Source: a virus (lineage: Duplodnaviria > Caudoviricetes). Taken from it: DNA of 64,000 nucleotides. Below the pieces are notes generated by a model. It was not told the origin of the DNA, ran no database searches, and saw only the letters and a list, made by a program, of their open reading frames with translations. The DNA is taken from the IMG/VR virus record IMGVR_UViG_2791355084_000002, positions 1 through 64,000 of that record. One strand, written 5' to 3'. Positions 39,675-49,822 of this stretch are shown piece by piece (position 1 is the stretch's first letter; each line of letters begins with the position of its first letter). A program made the position numbers and the translations under genes.

Positions 39675-40541
39675 ATGACGATTAAAAACTTTATTCCAAC
39701 AATTTGGTCAGCTCGACTTTTGCACAATTTACAAAAATCATTAGTATTCGGACAAGCTAGTGTCATCAACCGTGATTATGAAGGTGAAATCAAGGCTTAC
39801 GGTGACACAGTAAAAATCAATGGTATTGGTGCGGTATCCGTAGGTGATTATACGCGAAACAAAGATATGAAGGATCCAGAGGAACTGACAGATCACACAC
39901 GTAATTTAGTGATTGACCAATCGAAGTTTTTCAACTTCCAAATTGATGATTTAGATAAAATTCAACAAAATCCTAAATTAATGGATCATGCAATGCGTGA
40001 AGCGGCTTATGCCTTATCGAATGTCGCGGATCAATTTATTGCCTCTCATTATGTACATGCTGCTAACACTATTGGTACGGACAAGGATCCGATTCAGGTA
40101 ACGAAAGCCAATGCCTATGAGTACCTTGTGGACCTTTCAACGAAATTGGATGAAGCCAATATTCCGACACAAGGTCGTTTTGCTGTTTTGCCACCTTGGT
40201 ATGAAGGGCTATTATTAAAAGATGATCGCTTTGTTGGTTCTGGTGCTTTGCCAGCAGACGAACGTTTGGTTAATGGTGTTGTAGGTCGAGCTGCAGGTTT
40301 CTTACTTATGAAATCTAATAATGCACCATTTGTTGATACAGGTTTTGAAGGCGTCGTCGCAAACTCAAAAATTATCGCCGGACATAATATGGCCTGGACG
40401 TATGCTGAACAAGCTGCAAAAGTAGAGGGCTATCGAATGGAGAAACGTTTTGCAGATGCTGTAAAAGGACTTCATCTATACGGTTGTAAAGTGGTGCGCC
40501 CAGAAGCTTTAGCAGTACTTTCAGCTAGACGACCAGCGTAA
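39675..40541 (+). CDS. Major capsid protein
   Basis: FIP.IWSA.LL, NRDYEGEI..GDTVKI, GLHLYG.KVVRPE. Confidence 0.9.
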   Translation: MTIKNFIPTIWSARLLHNLQKSLVFGQASVINRDYEGEIKAYGDTVKINGIGAVSVGDYTRNKDMKDPEELTDHTRNLVIDQSKFFNFQIDDLDKIQQNPKLMDHAMREAAYALSNVADQFIASHYVHAANTIGTDKDPIQVTKANAYEYLVDLSTKLDEANIPTQGRFAVLPPWYEGLLLKDDRFVGSGALPADERLVNGVVGRAAGFLLMKSNNAPFVDTGFEGVVANSKIIAGHNMAWTYAEQAAKVEGYRMEKRFADAVKGLHLYGCKVVRPEALAVLSARRPA

Positions 40542-40555
40542 GGAGGGGGTTAAAA

Positions 40556-40708
40556 ATGTTCGTAAAAAACTTAAATACGGGTATCACATGGGCGGTCACT
40601 GAAGAACACGGTGCTCGCCTTTTGCGTACAGAGGAATTTGAGGAAGTACAATTAGAGAAGCCTAAACGTACCATTTCTAAAAAACCAGAAGCAGAAACTG
40701 AAAAGTAG
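40556..40708 (+). CDS. Small head-associated protein
   Basis: aggagg RBS; 50 aa; between capsid and connector genes. Confidence 0.6.
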   Translation: MFVKNLNTGITWAVTEEHGARLLRTEEFEEVQLEKPKRTISKKPEAETEK

Positions 40709-40717
40709 GTGGTCAAT

Positions 40718-41044
40718 ATGTGGCAACCAACTCAAGAAGAAATCGAACAGCTAAAACAGTTAAATGGTGATACAGGAGCTAAGCATGATGCGTTTTATTG
40801 TGCAATGGCTCCTATTTTATTTGAAGTAGCAATTGACCATTGTAACGGTGCGTGGTGTCCTGAAACGATGCCTCAAGGTGTGCAACTATTTATCGCTAAG
40901 GCTATACAATTCAATATGCAAACAACAGGGTTAAAAGGACGTGTTATGGGGACAGTCTCCTATTCTTATGACACAGAGTTTCCAAAAGCCATTTGGACCT
41001 ATTTACGGCCATATAAGAAGGTGAAGTTTCATGCATTACGATGA
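40718..41044 (+). CDS. Head-tail connector (SPP1 gp15-like)
   Basis: GV.LFIAKA, MGTVSYSY, L.PY; synteny. Confidence 0.8.
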   Translation: MWQPTQEEIEQLKQLNGDTGAKHDAFYCAMAPILFEVAIDHCNGAWCPETMPQGVQLFIAKAIQFNMQTTGLKGRVMGTVSYSYDTEFPKAIWTYLRPYKKVKFHALR

Positions 41045-41354
41045 ATTTCCTCATACAGTCGAAGTCGTTGAGAAGCAACGTATTTCTGATGGTGCAGGGG
41101 GATATAAAACGAAGTGGATGCCAGTGGATACAATCGAAGCGTTTGTTGATACACCAACAAGCAAAGAGCATTATTATGCTCAACAGCTAGGTAATCCATT
41201 GCAATGTTACATGTATTACCCCTACAGAACTGATTTAACGTCTAGTATGCGATTACGCTTTGAAGGGGAGATATACGAGTTTGCAGGACGTCCTGAAGAT
41301 CAAGGTGGCCAACATGAAATGATGCGTGTGGCTTTAAAGCTGGTGATGTCATAA
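41031..41354 (+). CDS. Head closure protein (gp16-like)
   Basis: DGAGG...W, P.DQGG; synteny. Confidence 0.8.
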   Translation: MHYDEFPHTVEVVEKQRISDGAGGYKTKWMPVDTIEAFVDTPTSKEHYYAQQLGNPLQCYMYYPYRTDLTSSMRLRFEGEIYEFAGRPEDQGGQHEMMRVALKLVMS

Positions 41355-41779
41355 TGGCTCGAATTACTTTCAGTGGATGGAAATTGTTAAGAGCCGCGCA
41401 ACGTTTTGAAGAAGGGATTTTAGATAAAGTATCCGACATTGTGTACGAGACTGCAAGGCTTATACAAACTGAGGCTAAAGCACTCGCGCCAGTTGATGAT
41501 GGCAGCTTGCGTGACTCTATCGAAATGAAGATGCTAGGGAAGTATAACGCTGTTGTCACTGTAGGGAGCCATTACGCTATTTGGGTGGAATTTGGTACTG
41601 GCGTACATGCAGAGGGGCCAGGAGGAAGTAGAGCCAAAAAGATTCCTTGGACTTATTACAGTGAAAAGTTAGGACACTGGGTAACTAGTAGCGGTAATAA
41701 AGCTCAACCATTCTGGGGCCCTGCAGTTGATGCTGGACAAGCGTATTTTAAAACAGAAATGAGGCGTTTAGGCTTATGA
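41354..41779 (+). CDS. HK97 gp10-like tail completion protein
   Basis: APVD.G.LR.SI, YA..VEFGTG, AQPF..PA. Confidence 0.88.
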   Translation: MARITFSGWKLLRAAQRFEEGILDKVSDIVYETARLIQTEAKALAPVDDGSLRDSIEMKMLGKYNAVVTVGSHYAIWVEFGTGVHAEGPGGSRAKKIPWTYYSEKLGHWVTSSGNKAQPFWGPAVDAGQAYFKTEMRRLGL

Positions 41780-42219
41780 CCAATTATTATGCGCTACCTT
41801 ATTTTGAGTTGCAACAAGCTATCTATCAAAAGTTGATTGCTTGTGAAGCGCTGACAAATATTACTCGAAAAAGTGAAGAGGATTTAGGTGCGTACGATAC
41901 TGTCGATGAAAATACACCTTATCCATACGTAACGATTGCAGAGCCTTATTCATCACCATTTGACACGAAAACGAGCAATATTGAAACGATTTCTTTTACG
42001 ATTCATGCTTGGTGGATGGATAACGATGAGTACAGCGGTAAACGGAAAGTGTATGAGATGCTATCAGCTTCTCAACAAGCGCTGATGGCTCAAAATTACA
42101 AACTTCCAAAAGCTAAAGTGCTAAGTGTTAAAAGGCGTGACTCACGTGTTTTTGATGACAATAGCCCTGGAGTAAAGCATGGCGTCTTAGTCGTGCAATA
42201 TAAAGTGCAGAATATTTAA
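41776..42219 (+). CDS. Tail terminator (DUF3168-like)
   Basis: LQQAIY..L, PYPYVTI, HGV. Confidence 0.8.
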   Translation: MTNYYALPYFELQQAIYQKLIACEALTNITRKSEEDLGAYDTVDENTPYPYVTIAEPYSSPFDTKTSNIETISFTIHAWWMDNDEYSGKRKVYEMLSASQQALMAQNYKLPKAKVLSVKRRDSRVFDDNSPGVKHGVLVVQYKVQNI

Positions 42220-42261
42220 CAGTCCTTTATGGGGCTGTTTTTCGTTTAGGAGGGGAAATAC

Positions 42262-43041
42262 ATGCAAAACGGTAAGGATACAGTTTTAATTGTCCAGCTT
42301 GCTACAAATGCATTAGGTGAGGATGGTTACCTCATCGGGCATCTAACTGAAAATAGCCACTCTATCGAAAATGAACTAGTTGATGAACAGACGAAATTTG
42401 GACGGATTCTAGCATACGGCCAATCGAGTGAATCCTTTGAAGTTACGATGTTTGGTGACAAAACAGATCCAGGACAAAAGGCAATTTTAGATGCCATTCG
42501 CAATAAGGTGCAGCTAAAAGTTTGGCAAGTTGATTTAAATACAGTCAAAAATGATAGTAATGAAGATGTACATGATGCCATTTTTGCTTACACATTAGTT
42601 GAATCAGTAGAGATATCGAATCCAGGTGACAACTTCCAAGAAATCTCCTGCACGTTACAGGTCATCGGAGAATCCAAACCAGGACAATTGCCGAAGCTAC
42701 CTGATTCCGTTATAGCATTTGCAAGGAGTGCATTTGAAAAGCCGGGAGAGAAAACAGGTGAGTTCGGTAAAGCGAAAGAAAAAGCAGTACCTGTAACGAG
42801 TGTGACAGTGACACCTACAACAGCATCCATCGCTGTGAATGCTACCAAACAATTAAGCGTTGTTGTAACTCCTGAGGATGCATCAAACCAACATGTAACA
42901 TTTGAATCGAGTGATACTACGGTTGCGAAAGTATCGCCTACAGGTCTTGTAACGGGACTTTCAGCAGGAACATCTACCATCACAGTCACTACGGTAAGTG
43001 GAGGTAAAACAGCTACCGCAGCAATAACGGTTACAGCTTAA
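42262..43041 (+). CDS. Major tail protein (TP901-1-like) with a C-terminal Ig-like domain
   Basis: NGKD N-terminus; Big_2-type C-terminus. Confidence 0.88.
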   Translation: MQNGKDTVLIVQLATNALGEDGYLIGHLTENSHSIENELVDEQTKFGRILAYGQSSESFEVTMFGDKTDPGQKAILDAIRNKVQLKVWQVDLNTVKNDSNEDVHDAIFAYTLVESVEISNPGDNFQEISCTLQVIGESKPGQLPKLPDSVIAFARSAFEKPGEKTGEFGKAKEKAVPVTSVTVTPTTASIAVNATKQLSVVVTPEDASNQHVTFESSDTTVAKVSPTGLVTGLSAGTSTITVTTVSGGKTATAAITVTA

Positions 43042-43103
43042 GGAATAGGGAGCAATGTGCGCTCTTTACTTTTTGACTCGTTTTAATAGGAGGGTTAAAT
43101 CAT

Positions 43104-43574
43104 ATGGCAACATTAACAATTGGCAAGAATCAATATGAAGCAAAATTCGGATTCGCTTTTAAAAACTTAGCAGATAAAAACTACAATCAAAAGGATAAGG
43201 AAGGCAATGAGGTAGGCGGGTTTAGTGCTATCTATACAGGGCTATTGCAATTTGATTTAGATGCCTTAAAAGCGTTTTGGGATTGTGGATTAGCGCATTT
43301 AAAGAACCGACCATCAATGGCTCAAATAGAGGCGGCGTTAGAAGCAAGAATTGAAGAAGATGGAGACACAACCATGCTATTTAAAGAAGCATTTCGTGAG
43401 ATTAATGACTCGGGTTTTTTCAAAAAAGATGCGAAGACGTTTTGGAAGAACTTAGAGCTATTCAAAACGATGGGCAAAAACGAGGAAGAGCAAGCGGAGA
43501 ATGCCAAGGGCGTTCAGATCATGCTAGACGCGAAAGCGGAGCTATTGGAAGAGGAAACAGAGTTGACGAACTAG
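43104..43574 (+). CDS. Tail assembly chaperone (G)
   Basis: Between MTP and TMP; SGFF slippery region. Confidence 0.85.
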   Translation: MATLTIGKNQYEAKFGFAFKNLADKNYNQKDKEGNEVGGFSAIYTGLLQFDLDALKAFWDCGLAHLKNRPSMAQIEAALEARIEEDGDTTMLFKEAFREINDSGFFKKDAKTFWKNLELFKTMGKNEEEQAENAKGVQIMLDAKAELLEEETELTN

Positions 43575-43918
43575 AATGGCTCGAAGTCCTATCAAACGCT
43601 GCAGAATACTTAGGTGTCCATGATGTCGATTTAATAATGTCATGGACACCAAACGAGTACAAAGCGCTTCTAATTGGCGCACAAATGAAAATGGTGAGTG
43701 ATTATGAAAATTTAGCGATTCAAGCCATGTATATTCGCAAGGCTGAAAATGAGAAACGTTTAAGGTTAACGGACTTATTTGATGCTGAAAAAGCTAGAAA
43801 AAGAATCCTAGCAGGTGATAAAGACTGGAAGCAAACTAAGAAAATAGACACGTCACTTTACAAGAAAGCACAGGCTGATATGAAGGCATGGGCTGATAAA
43901 TTAAACACGAAAGGGTAA
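43412..43918 (+). CDS. Tail chaperone -1 frameshift extension (GT)
   Basis: G GGT TTT / T TTT TTC at 43412-43421; the -1 frame opens at 43406 and runs to 43918 (WTPNEY motif). Confidence 0.7.
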   Translation, partial: GFFQKRCEDVLEELRAIQNDGQKRGRASGECQGRSDHARRESGAIGRGNRVDELEWLEVLSNAAEYLGVHDVDLIMSWTPNEYKALLIGAQMKMVSDYENLAIQAMYIRKAENEKRLRLTDLFDAEKARKRILAGDKDWKQTKKIDTSLYKKAQADMKAWADKLNTKG

Positions 43919-43923
43919 AGCAG

Positions 43924-46900
43924 ATGAACGAGAATTTTACTGCACGAATTGGTGCGCGTATTACGCAGTTTATGGCACAGATGCGCCAAGTCCAAAACAC
44001 AATACGCACGACGGCAAATGATGTGCATGTAGACATTGGAGCGGATATTAGTCAGTTCCGTCGTCGCATGGCTGAAATTCGAGCGCGCATTGCAGCTTTA
44101 ATTCGTGAACGAGTCGTTATTAAAATTGAAGCTCGGATAGAAGCATTTCAAAATAAGATCAATCGAATTGCAACAAATATTCGAGCCTTTGGTGAGTTAA
44201 TACAACATACGTTAAAGGGCTCACTGATGGCCGTCTTTCCTGCGATATCCCCTATATTAGGGAATATCTCGGGTGCTATTGCGAACTTAGGTCCGATGAT
44301 TGGTACTGTCGCTGGATCTACATTTGCATTAGCCGGTGCCTTTGCAGCAGCTGGTACCGCAGCGGTAGGATTTGGCGCAGTAGCAATCCCGACAATCAAA
44401 ACGTTATTTGATGAAACCGGTCCACCATTCACTGCATTACAAAAGAAAGCGTGGAATGCATTTGAAAGTGTAAAGAAAACATATCGGTCACTCGTAAAAG
44501 AGACAGAAACGCCAGTCCTGCAAGCTTTTACAAGCGCCATGCAAGCAACAGATTCCATACTGAATAAGTTACGGCCCCTATTTATCTCAAGTGCTCAAGC
44601 GGTGGCAAATTTAATGGCTCAACTCAATACGGCTATCGATACGCCACCTATACAAAAGTTTTTAACGTATCTAAATACTAGTGGTGCCTCACTGTTGGAG
44701 ACGTTTGGTCGCTCATTTGGAAATGTATTTAAAGGGTTGCTATCGATGCTGACGGCTTTTGCACCATTAAGTTTCAGTACAGCAAAAGGCTTCGAAGCAA
44801 TGACAGCACGTTTTGCAGAGTGGGCAAATGGATTAAGTGGTAGTGCAAAATTCCAAGCATTTATGGACTACGTAAATACTAATATGCCTAAGATTCGCGC
44901 TATCTTCCGTGATGCAATAGCAGGCGTTGTGTATTTCTTTAGTGCATTTGCAGGCTCTTCATCTAGTATGATGGACGGGCTTGTATCGATGATGGCTCGA
45001 TTTAAAGAGTGGTCAGCCACACTTAGTCAAAATCAAGGTTTCCAACAATTTATTGATTATGTCCATCAATCAGCGCCTAGTGTTATGAACCTAATTGGGA
45101 ACTTAACGACTTTCCTAGTGAACTTAGGTATTGGCATGGCGCCTCTTGGTGCAACTATTATCGAGCTAGCCAATAAGTTTTTAACTTTTGCTAATAGCTT
45201 GATGGAAAACAATCGATCCATAGGTGTTATCATTGCGGGACTTATTTCGTTTGGTGGTGTTTTGCTTGCCATCGTACCAAATATAATTGCATTCAAAGAG
45301 TTATTCGCAGGGTTCGGCTCTTCCATGTTTGGTGGTATTGGGAAAGCGCTGAAATCCGTAACCGGGTTATTTACAAACTTTAGTGGAACAATGGCATCAT
45401 TGGGTGCTAAAGTGATGACTTTCGCTACAAACTTTGGGAAAGCATTTGGACTAATTACGAATCCAGTAGGTTTAGTTGTCATAGCAATCGTCGGTTTCAT
45501 CGCCATCTTAGTACGTCTATATCAAACGAACGAAAAGTTCCGAACTCAGGTTCAAACTGTTTGGGAAGCAATTAAAACCGGAATTTCCGTAGCAGTAACT
45601 GCTGTTAAAGATTTGGTGATGTCCGTCTGGTCACAGATTACAGCATTCTGGACGGAAAACCAAGCAAGTATTAAGGCGACTGCTTTGGTTGTATGGAATG
45701 TAATCGAAAATGTTGTGACGTCTGTGATGTCAGTCATAGGGACAATCATGCAAAAGATATGGCCAGTCGTAAAAGCGCTCATTGTCTCTACATGGGAAGC
45801 GATTAAAAATGTGATCCAAGGTGCCATTAAGGTTATTTTGGGTATCGTCAAAACATTCAGCGCACTATTTAGAGGTGACTGGCAAGGTGTCTGGGATGGA
45901 ATAAAACAAATCCTTAGCGGTGCGTTACAAGCAGTCTGGGGTGCAATTAATCTTTACTTTGTAGGGAAATTACTTGGACCGTTAAAAGCATTTGGCTCAA
46001 CAGCAAAAACGCTTTTACAGGGCGTTTGGACAACAATTAAAGGTATTTTCACCAATACTTTAAATGCGATAAAAAGTACGGTTTCAACCATCTTTAACGG
46101 ACTGAAAAATACAATTAAAACGATTTGGAATGGTATTAAATCGTTTTTCAATACTGTTCTCAATGGCATTAAATCTATTTTTACGAGTGTTTGGCGAAGT
46201 ATCGCTTCATTCCTAGATAATTTTTTCACAAGTCTAATCGGCACAATTCAATCTGTTTGGAATGGTATTAAGAGCTTCATCTCAAGTGTCTTAAAAGCTA
46301 TTGCAAACATTATTAAAAGTATTTGGAACGGTATTAAAACAACCATTAATACAATTCTAAATGGTATAAAAAGGACTATTGAAACCATTTGGAATGGGTT
46401 TAAAACAACCGTATCAACGGCGATGAAAAACGTTAAATCGGCTGTTGTGAATGGATGGAATGCGGCAAAGTCTTTCTTACAAAATATTAGTCTAGTGAAA
46501 ATTGGTGAATTTATCGTAGCTGGTTTGGTGAAAGGGATTAGTAATTGGTTTGGTAAAGTAAAAGCCAAAGTTATGGAACTTGCCCAACTGTTACCAACTT
46601 GGTTACGAAATAAATTAGGTATTCACTCCCCATCCCGTGTCATGATGTCAGTCGGTAAATGGATTCCATCCGGGCTTGCCAAAGGGATTAGTGGCAATAC
46701 GAAAGTTGTAACGAAAGCTGCAGCAGTTTTGGCTGCAAATGCAGTTCCCGATATTAGTTCAAGTCTATCAACTACCAAAGCGGAAATGAAGCTTGCAGCG
46801 TCACAATTAGCCGAAGCTGCTAGAGCAGATTTGCGTATCTTAACGGATGGGCTATCGATGAAAAGTGCCATCAGCAGTGCTCAAAAAACAAGTATTACAA

Positions 46901-47022
46901 GCGAATCTGTACTTGATTTATCGGTGTTAGAAAAAGTTATTCAGCTCCTTCGAGTTATCGCTGATAAAGACCTGTCACTTGAACTTGATGGTCATGTTTT
47001 AACGAATTATGTTGATGAGTGA
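43924..47022 (+). CDS. Tape measure protein (possibly shortened by 15 codons)
   Basis: Long Ala/Gly-rich helical protein, W-periodic repeats, IHSPSRV; frame stays open after TGA to TAA 47067. Confidence 0.92.
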   Translation: MNENFTARIGARITQFMAQMRQVQNTIRTTANDVHVDIGADISQFRRRMAEIRARIAALIRERVVIKIEARIEAFQNKINRIATNIRAFGELIQHTLKGSLMAVFPAISPILGNISGAIANLGPMIGTVAGSTFALAGAFAAAGTAAVGFGAVAIPTIKTLFDETGPPFTALQKKAWNAFESVKKTYRSLVKETETPVLQAFTSAMQATDSILNKLRPLFISSAQAVANLMAQLNTAIDTPPIQKFLTYLNTSGASLLETFGRSFGNVFKGLLSMLTAFAPLSFSTAKGFEAMTARFAEWANGLSGSAKFQAFMDYVNTNMPKIRAIFRDAIAGVVYFFSAFAGSSSSMMDGLVSMMARFKEWSATLSQNQGFQQFIDYVHQSAPSVMNLIGNLTTFLVNLGIGMAPLGATIIELANKFLTFANSLMENNRSIGVIIAGLISFGGVLLAIVPNIIAFKELFAGFGSSMFGGIGKALKSVTGLFTNFSGTMASLGAKVMTFATNFGKAFGLITNPVGLVVIAIVGFIAILVRLYQTNEKFRTQVQTVWEAIKTGISVAVTAVKDLVMSVWSQITAFWTENQASIKATALVVWNVIENVVTSVMSVIGTIMQKIWPVVKALIVSTWEAIKNVIQGAIKVILGIVKTFSALFRGDWQGVWDGIKQILSGALQAVWGAINLYFVGKLLGPLKAFGSTAKTLLQGVWTTIKGIFTNTLNAIKSTVSTIFNGLKNTIKTIWNGIKSFFNTVLNGIKSIFTSVWRSIASFLDNFFTSLIGTIQSVWNGIKSFISSVLKAIANIIKSIWNGIKTTINTILNGIKRTIETIWNGFKTTVSTAMKNVKSAVVNGWNAAKSFLQNISLVKIGEFIVAGLVKGISNWFGKVKAKVMELAQLLPTWLRNKLGIHSPSRVMMSVGKWIPSGLAKGISGNTKVVTKAAAVLAANAVPDISSSLSTTKAEMKLAASQLAEAARADLRILTDGLSMKSAISSAQKTSITSESVLDLSVLEKVIQLLRVIADKDLSLELDGHVLTNYVDE

Positions 47023-47070
47023 ACGGCAAGAAAAGTCGACCTAAAACGTTCTATGAGAGGAGTGTAAAGG

Positions 47071-47979
47071 ATGGATGCGAAGTTAGTAAAAGTGAATGGA
47101 GAAGAAATTGTTTTGTCTCATGAGCGTTTTGTGACACAAGACATAATCGTTTCTCCTATCGAGATTAAGCGTGATATAGCGGATGTCGAAAGACGAGCAG
47201 GAGCAATCAACGAATTAGTTAAATATGGCACTCGTACAATACAACTTCAACTGATGTTTATCGCAAAAGACCATTCAGACTTTGAAACACTTGAAAATAG
47301 AGCGTTTGATCTGTTCACAGATTTAGAGCCGTATTATTTATATAAAGCTATACCAACAAAGCAATCCACTATGTACGAATTCGAGCTACCAGGTAAGCAA
47401 TGGGGTAGAGAGCTCGATTTTATTCCTAGTGAGGTTGCTTTTTTATATGGGAAACGATACTTCGTTATCAATAGCAATATGTCTGAGGTTGCACAAGATG
47501 GGCTCACAGGTCGATTCACGGTTGAATTAGAAACTTATCAACTTCCTTACGCAGAAAGTGCTGCAACATTAAAAGATTTAAAGCTGTGGGACGCTAATAA
47601 GTGGGAATGGAATCAAGGGTTGACGTGGGACGAGGATTTACAGTACAAGTTTACGGCCAATAATTTCACAGTGAAAAACTTAGGCAATGTCAAAATTGAT
47701 CCGCGTGAAAGTGAATTGAAAATAACGATTAAGGCAACAGCATCGAGCTATTTAGAATTTAAGAATAATACCACTAGCGAAGTGTTTAGGTTTAATGGCG
47801 CTTTAACAGGTACAGATACATTAGTTTTGAATGGCATTCACACTTATAAAAACGGTGCGAATGCCATTTTGAATACAAATAAAAAGCCATTAACGCTTGT
47901 GCCGGGAAACAATGTTTTTTCAGTGTCCGGTGGAACTGTGCAATCAATCGAATTTGATTTTAGATTCTTATACAAATAG
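47071..47979 (+). CDS. Distal tail protein (Dit)
   Basis: Follows TMP; PYAES, N.G...IDP, L.PG.N, F.F.Y. Confidence 0.85.
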   Translation: MDAKLVKVNGEEIVLSHERFVTQDIIVSPIEIKRDIADVERRAGAINELVKYGTRTIQLQLMFIAKDHSDFETLENRAFDLFTDLEPYYLYKAIPTKQSTMYEFELPGKQWGRELDFIPSEVAFLYGKRYFVINSNMSEVAQDGLTGRFTVELETYQLPYAESAATLKDLKLWDANKWEWNQGLTWDEDLQYKFTANNFTVKNLGNVKIDPRESELKITIKATASSYLEFKNNTTSEVFRFNGALTGTDTLVLNGIHTYKNGANAILNTNKKPLTLVPGNNVFSVSGGTVQSIEFDFRFLYK

Positions 47980-47995
47980 AAGGGATGTGCTTTAA

Positions 47996-49105
47996 TTGAC
48001 TTTAGAATTGCATAACACAGAAAATCCCATTAGTAATGCAGAACGAATGAAGCTCAATGAGAACTGGCAACGAATTATATCGGGGTATAGTTATTTGCAA
48101 CAACAAATCAAAATGTTGTCTGGCAGTACAGAAGTTGATGAATTGTTACAGCGATTAAATCAAGCTGTAGATAATGCGAATACTACAGTGCAACAATCTA
48201 TAGAGACGAATAACACAACATTGCAAGAAGCACTTAGTACTATCTCGCAAAAATTAGTACAGGTTAATAAGGCAATTACAGAAGCCAATTCTGCTCGCCC
48301 TGAAGTCAATACTGCTAAACAAGGTGCTTTAGCGGCATCAGAGCAAGTTCAAACAGCCCTCGCTTCATTGGAATTAATGGTTAAGAATATGGGTTCTAGG
48401 GGCAATTGGAATAATACGACGCAATATTATAAAAATAATTTGGTTCTCTTTAATGGTTCATCCTTTATCGCCTTACAGGATAACTTAGGAAAGACGCCTC
48501 CGAGTGATATTCAATCGAATGTGTATTGGTCAATGCTTGCTAAACAAGGACCTGCAGGGAAATCAGCATACGAACTAGCTGTTGAAAATGGATTTAAGGG
48601 AACGATGAAAGAATGGATTGAATCTTTAAAAGGTCTCCGAGGTCCAAAGGGTCCACAAGGTCCACAAGGAGAAACACAGCATGCAGTAAATTTCAATCAA
48701 GAGATTCAGACATTGCAGACAACAGTAAATCAGTTGAATGAAAAAAAGGCAAACAAAAAGCTATCAGACAGCATCCAATGTACACTTCAGGCTGGATGGA
48801 GTCATCAACGAAAGGCCCCTTTAATCTATTACAAAGACGATTTTGGCATCGTGCATGTACAAGGGGAAATCATTAATTCCGGAAGCCAATCTCATAATGT
48901 ATGTACAGTATTGCCAGTTGGATTTAGACCACGTAGTGATGTGGATAGACGGCAGGAAGTAGTTGCCATAGGGTACAAGTTTAATCATAGAGCGGTGAAT
49001 GTTCCACCAATAGTAACGACAATTAGCATAGAACGCTCCGGTTTTATCCATTGTGATACCCAATTTGACAAGATCGCAATGGCATTTTCATTTAGGACAG
49101 ATTAG
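47996..49105 (+). CDS. Tail fibre / receptor-binding protein
   Basis: Coiled coil, GKSAYE.AV..GF.G...EW..SL, short collagen-like G-X-Y run, LP.GFRP. Confidence 0.75.
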   Translation: MTLELHNTENPISNAERMKLNENWQRIISGYSYLQQQIKMLSGSTEVDELLQRLNQAVDNANTTVQQSIETNNTTLQEALSTISQKLVQVNKAITEANSARPEVNTAKQGALAASEQVQTALASLELMVKNMGSRGNWNNTTQYYKNNLVLFNGSSFIALQDNLGKTPPSDIQSNVYWSMLAKQGPAGKSAYELAVENGFKGTMKEWIESLKGLRGPKGPQGPQGETQHAVNFNQEIQTLQTTVNQLNEKKANKKLSDSIQCTLQAGWSHQRKAPLIYYKDDFGIVHVQGEIINSGSQSHNVCTVLPVGFRPRSDVDRRQEVVAIGYKFNHRAVNVPPIVTTISIERSGFIHCDTQFDKIAMAFSFRTD

Positions 49106-49118
49106 GGAGGAATTCCTT

Positions 49119-49433
49119 GTGCGTAAGCAAGTTTATCAAGTGGATAGCGACGGGTTTATTGAGGAAGTATTTTTAGGCGAATTGGACGAGGAAGGTAATC
49201 TGATTGATCCAGTTGGTGATTACGTCACAACAAATTTACCACAACCTTTACCGTTCTATCGACCAAAATGGAATGGGGTTCAATGGGTTGAAGGTGGAAC
49301 GGAAGAAGAGCTGGCTAAGCATAAAGAACAACAGTTACTGAAGAATTTAAAGCCGTCAGTGGAAGAAATAATGGATGCTGATTTAGAAGTAAAGATTCTT
49401 ACCATGTTATTAGAAATGGAGGTAATCGAGTAA
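49119..49433 (+). CDS. Tail fibre-associated protein
   Basis: P.W.G..WVEG motif; gggagg RBS before GTG. Confidence 0.6.
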   Translation: MRKQVYQVDSDGFIEEVFLGELDEEGNLIDPVGDYVTTNLPQPLPFYRPKWNGVQWVEGGTEEELAKHKEQQLLKNLKPSVEEIMDADLEVKILTMLLEMEVIE

Positions 49434-49603
49434 TGGAGAAACATTTAGAAGGATTAACTCTGGTGCAAAAACGATTGGTGAAAGCTTATGCTACAAGCAT
49501 TATGGGAGAGGTTCGTACGGTTAAAGATGTGAAACCAGAAGAGTTGCGGAGATACGTAGAGTTAGAAATTGCGGAACGGGAAATTGCTCATCTTGCTAAA
49601 TAA
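49433..49603 (+). CDS. Small phage protein (XkdX/CD1375-like)
   Basis: 56-aa ORF coupled by TAATG; LVKAYA...RTV.DV.P..LR. Confidence 0.55.
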   Translation: MEKHLEGLTLVQKRLVKAYATSIMGEVRTVKDVKPEELRRYVELEIAEREIAHLAK

Positions 49604-49726
49604 TTGTTGGTTTGTAATAAAGATCGATAGTTAATAAAAAAAGATTAGTAGTTTAAAAAAGTTGCATCGTTTATGCCTTTGGATGGTATAATTTTACGTA
49701 TATTTATTTTAGAAGGAAGTGAATTC

Positions 49727-49810
49727 ATGAGTGATTTAGAAAAAATCAAACTTGTGAAGCCACCATTTCCCAAGCTACGATGTTTTTCTTTCGAACCTAT
49801 AATTATCTAG
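49727..49810 (+). CDS. Putative 27-aa leader peptide of the MFS gene
   Basis: RBS gaagga; MSDLEKIKLVKPPFPKLRCFSFEPIII; its TAG overlaps the MFS RBS. Confidence 0.4.
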   Translation: MSDLEKIKLVKPPFPKLRCFSFEPIII

Positions 49811-49822
49811 GAGTGTACTATT

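Noticed and set aside
46020-46460. Periodic tggaatggtattaaa-type repeats
   Set aside because: Ordinary 11-residue-based tape measure protein repeats
44148-46871. Antisense ORFs within the tape measure gene, and similar shadow ORFs elsewhere (e.g. 3943-4473, 22633-23073, 42588-42989, 54370-54651)
   Set aside because: They overlap well-supported genes on the opposite strand and have no recognisable motifs
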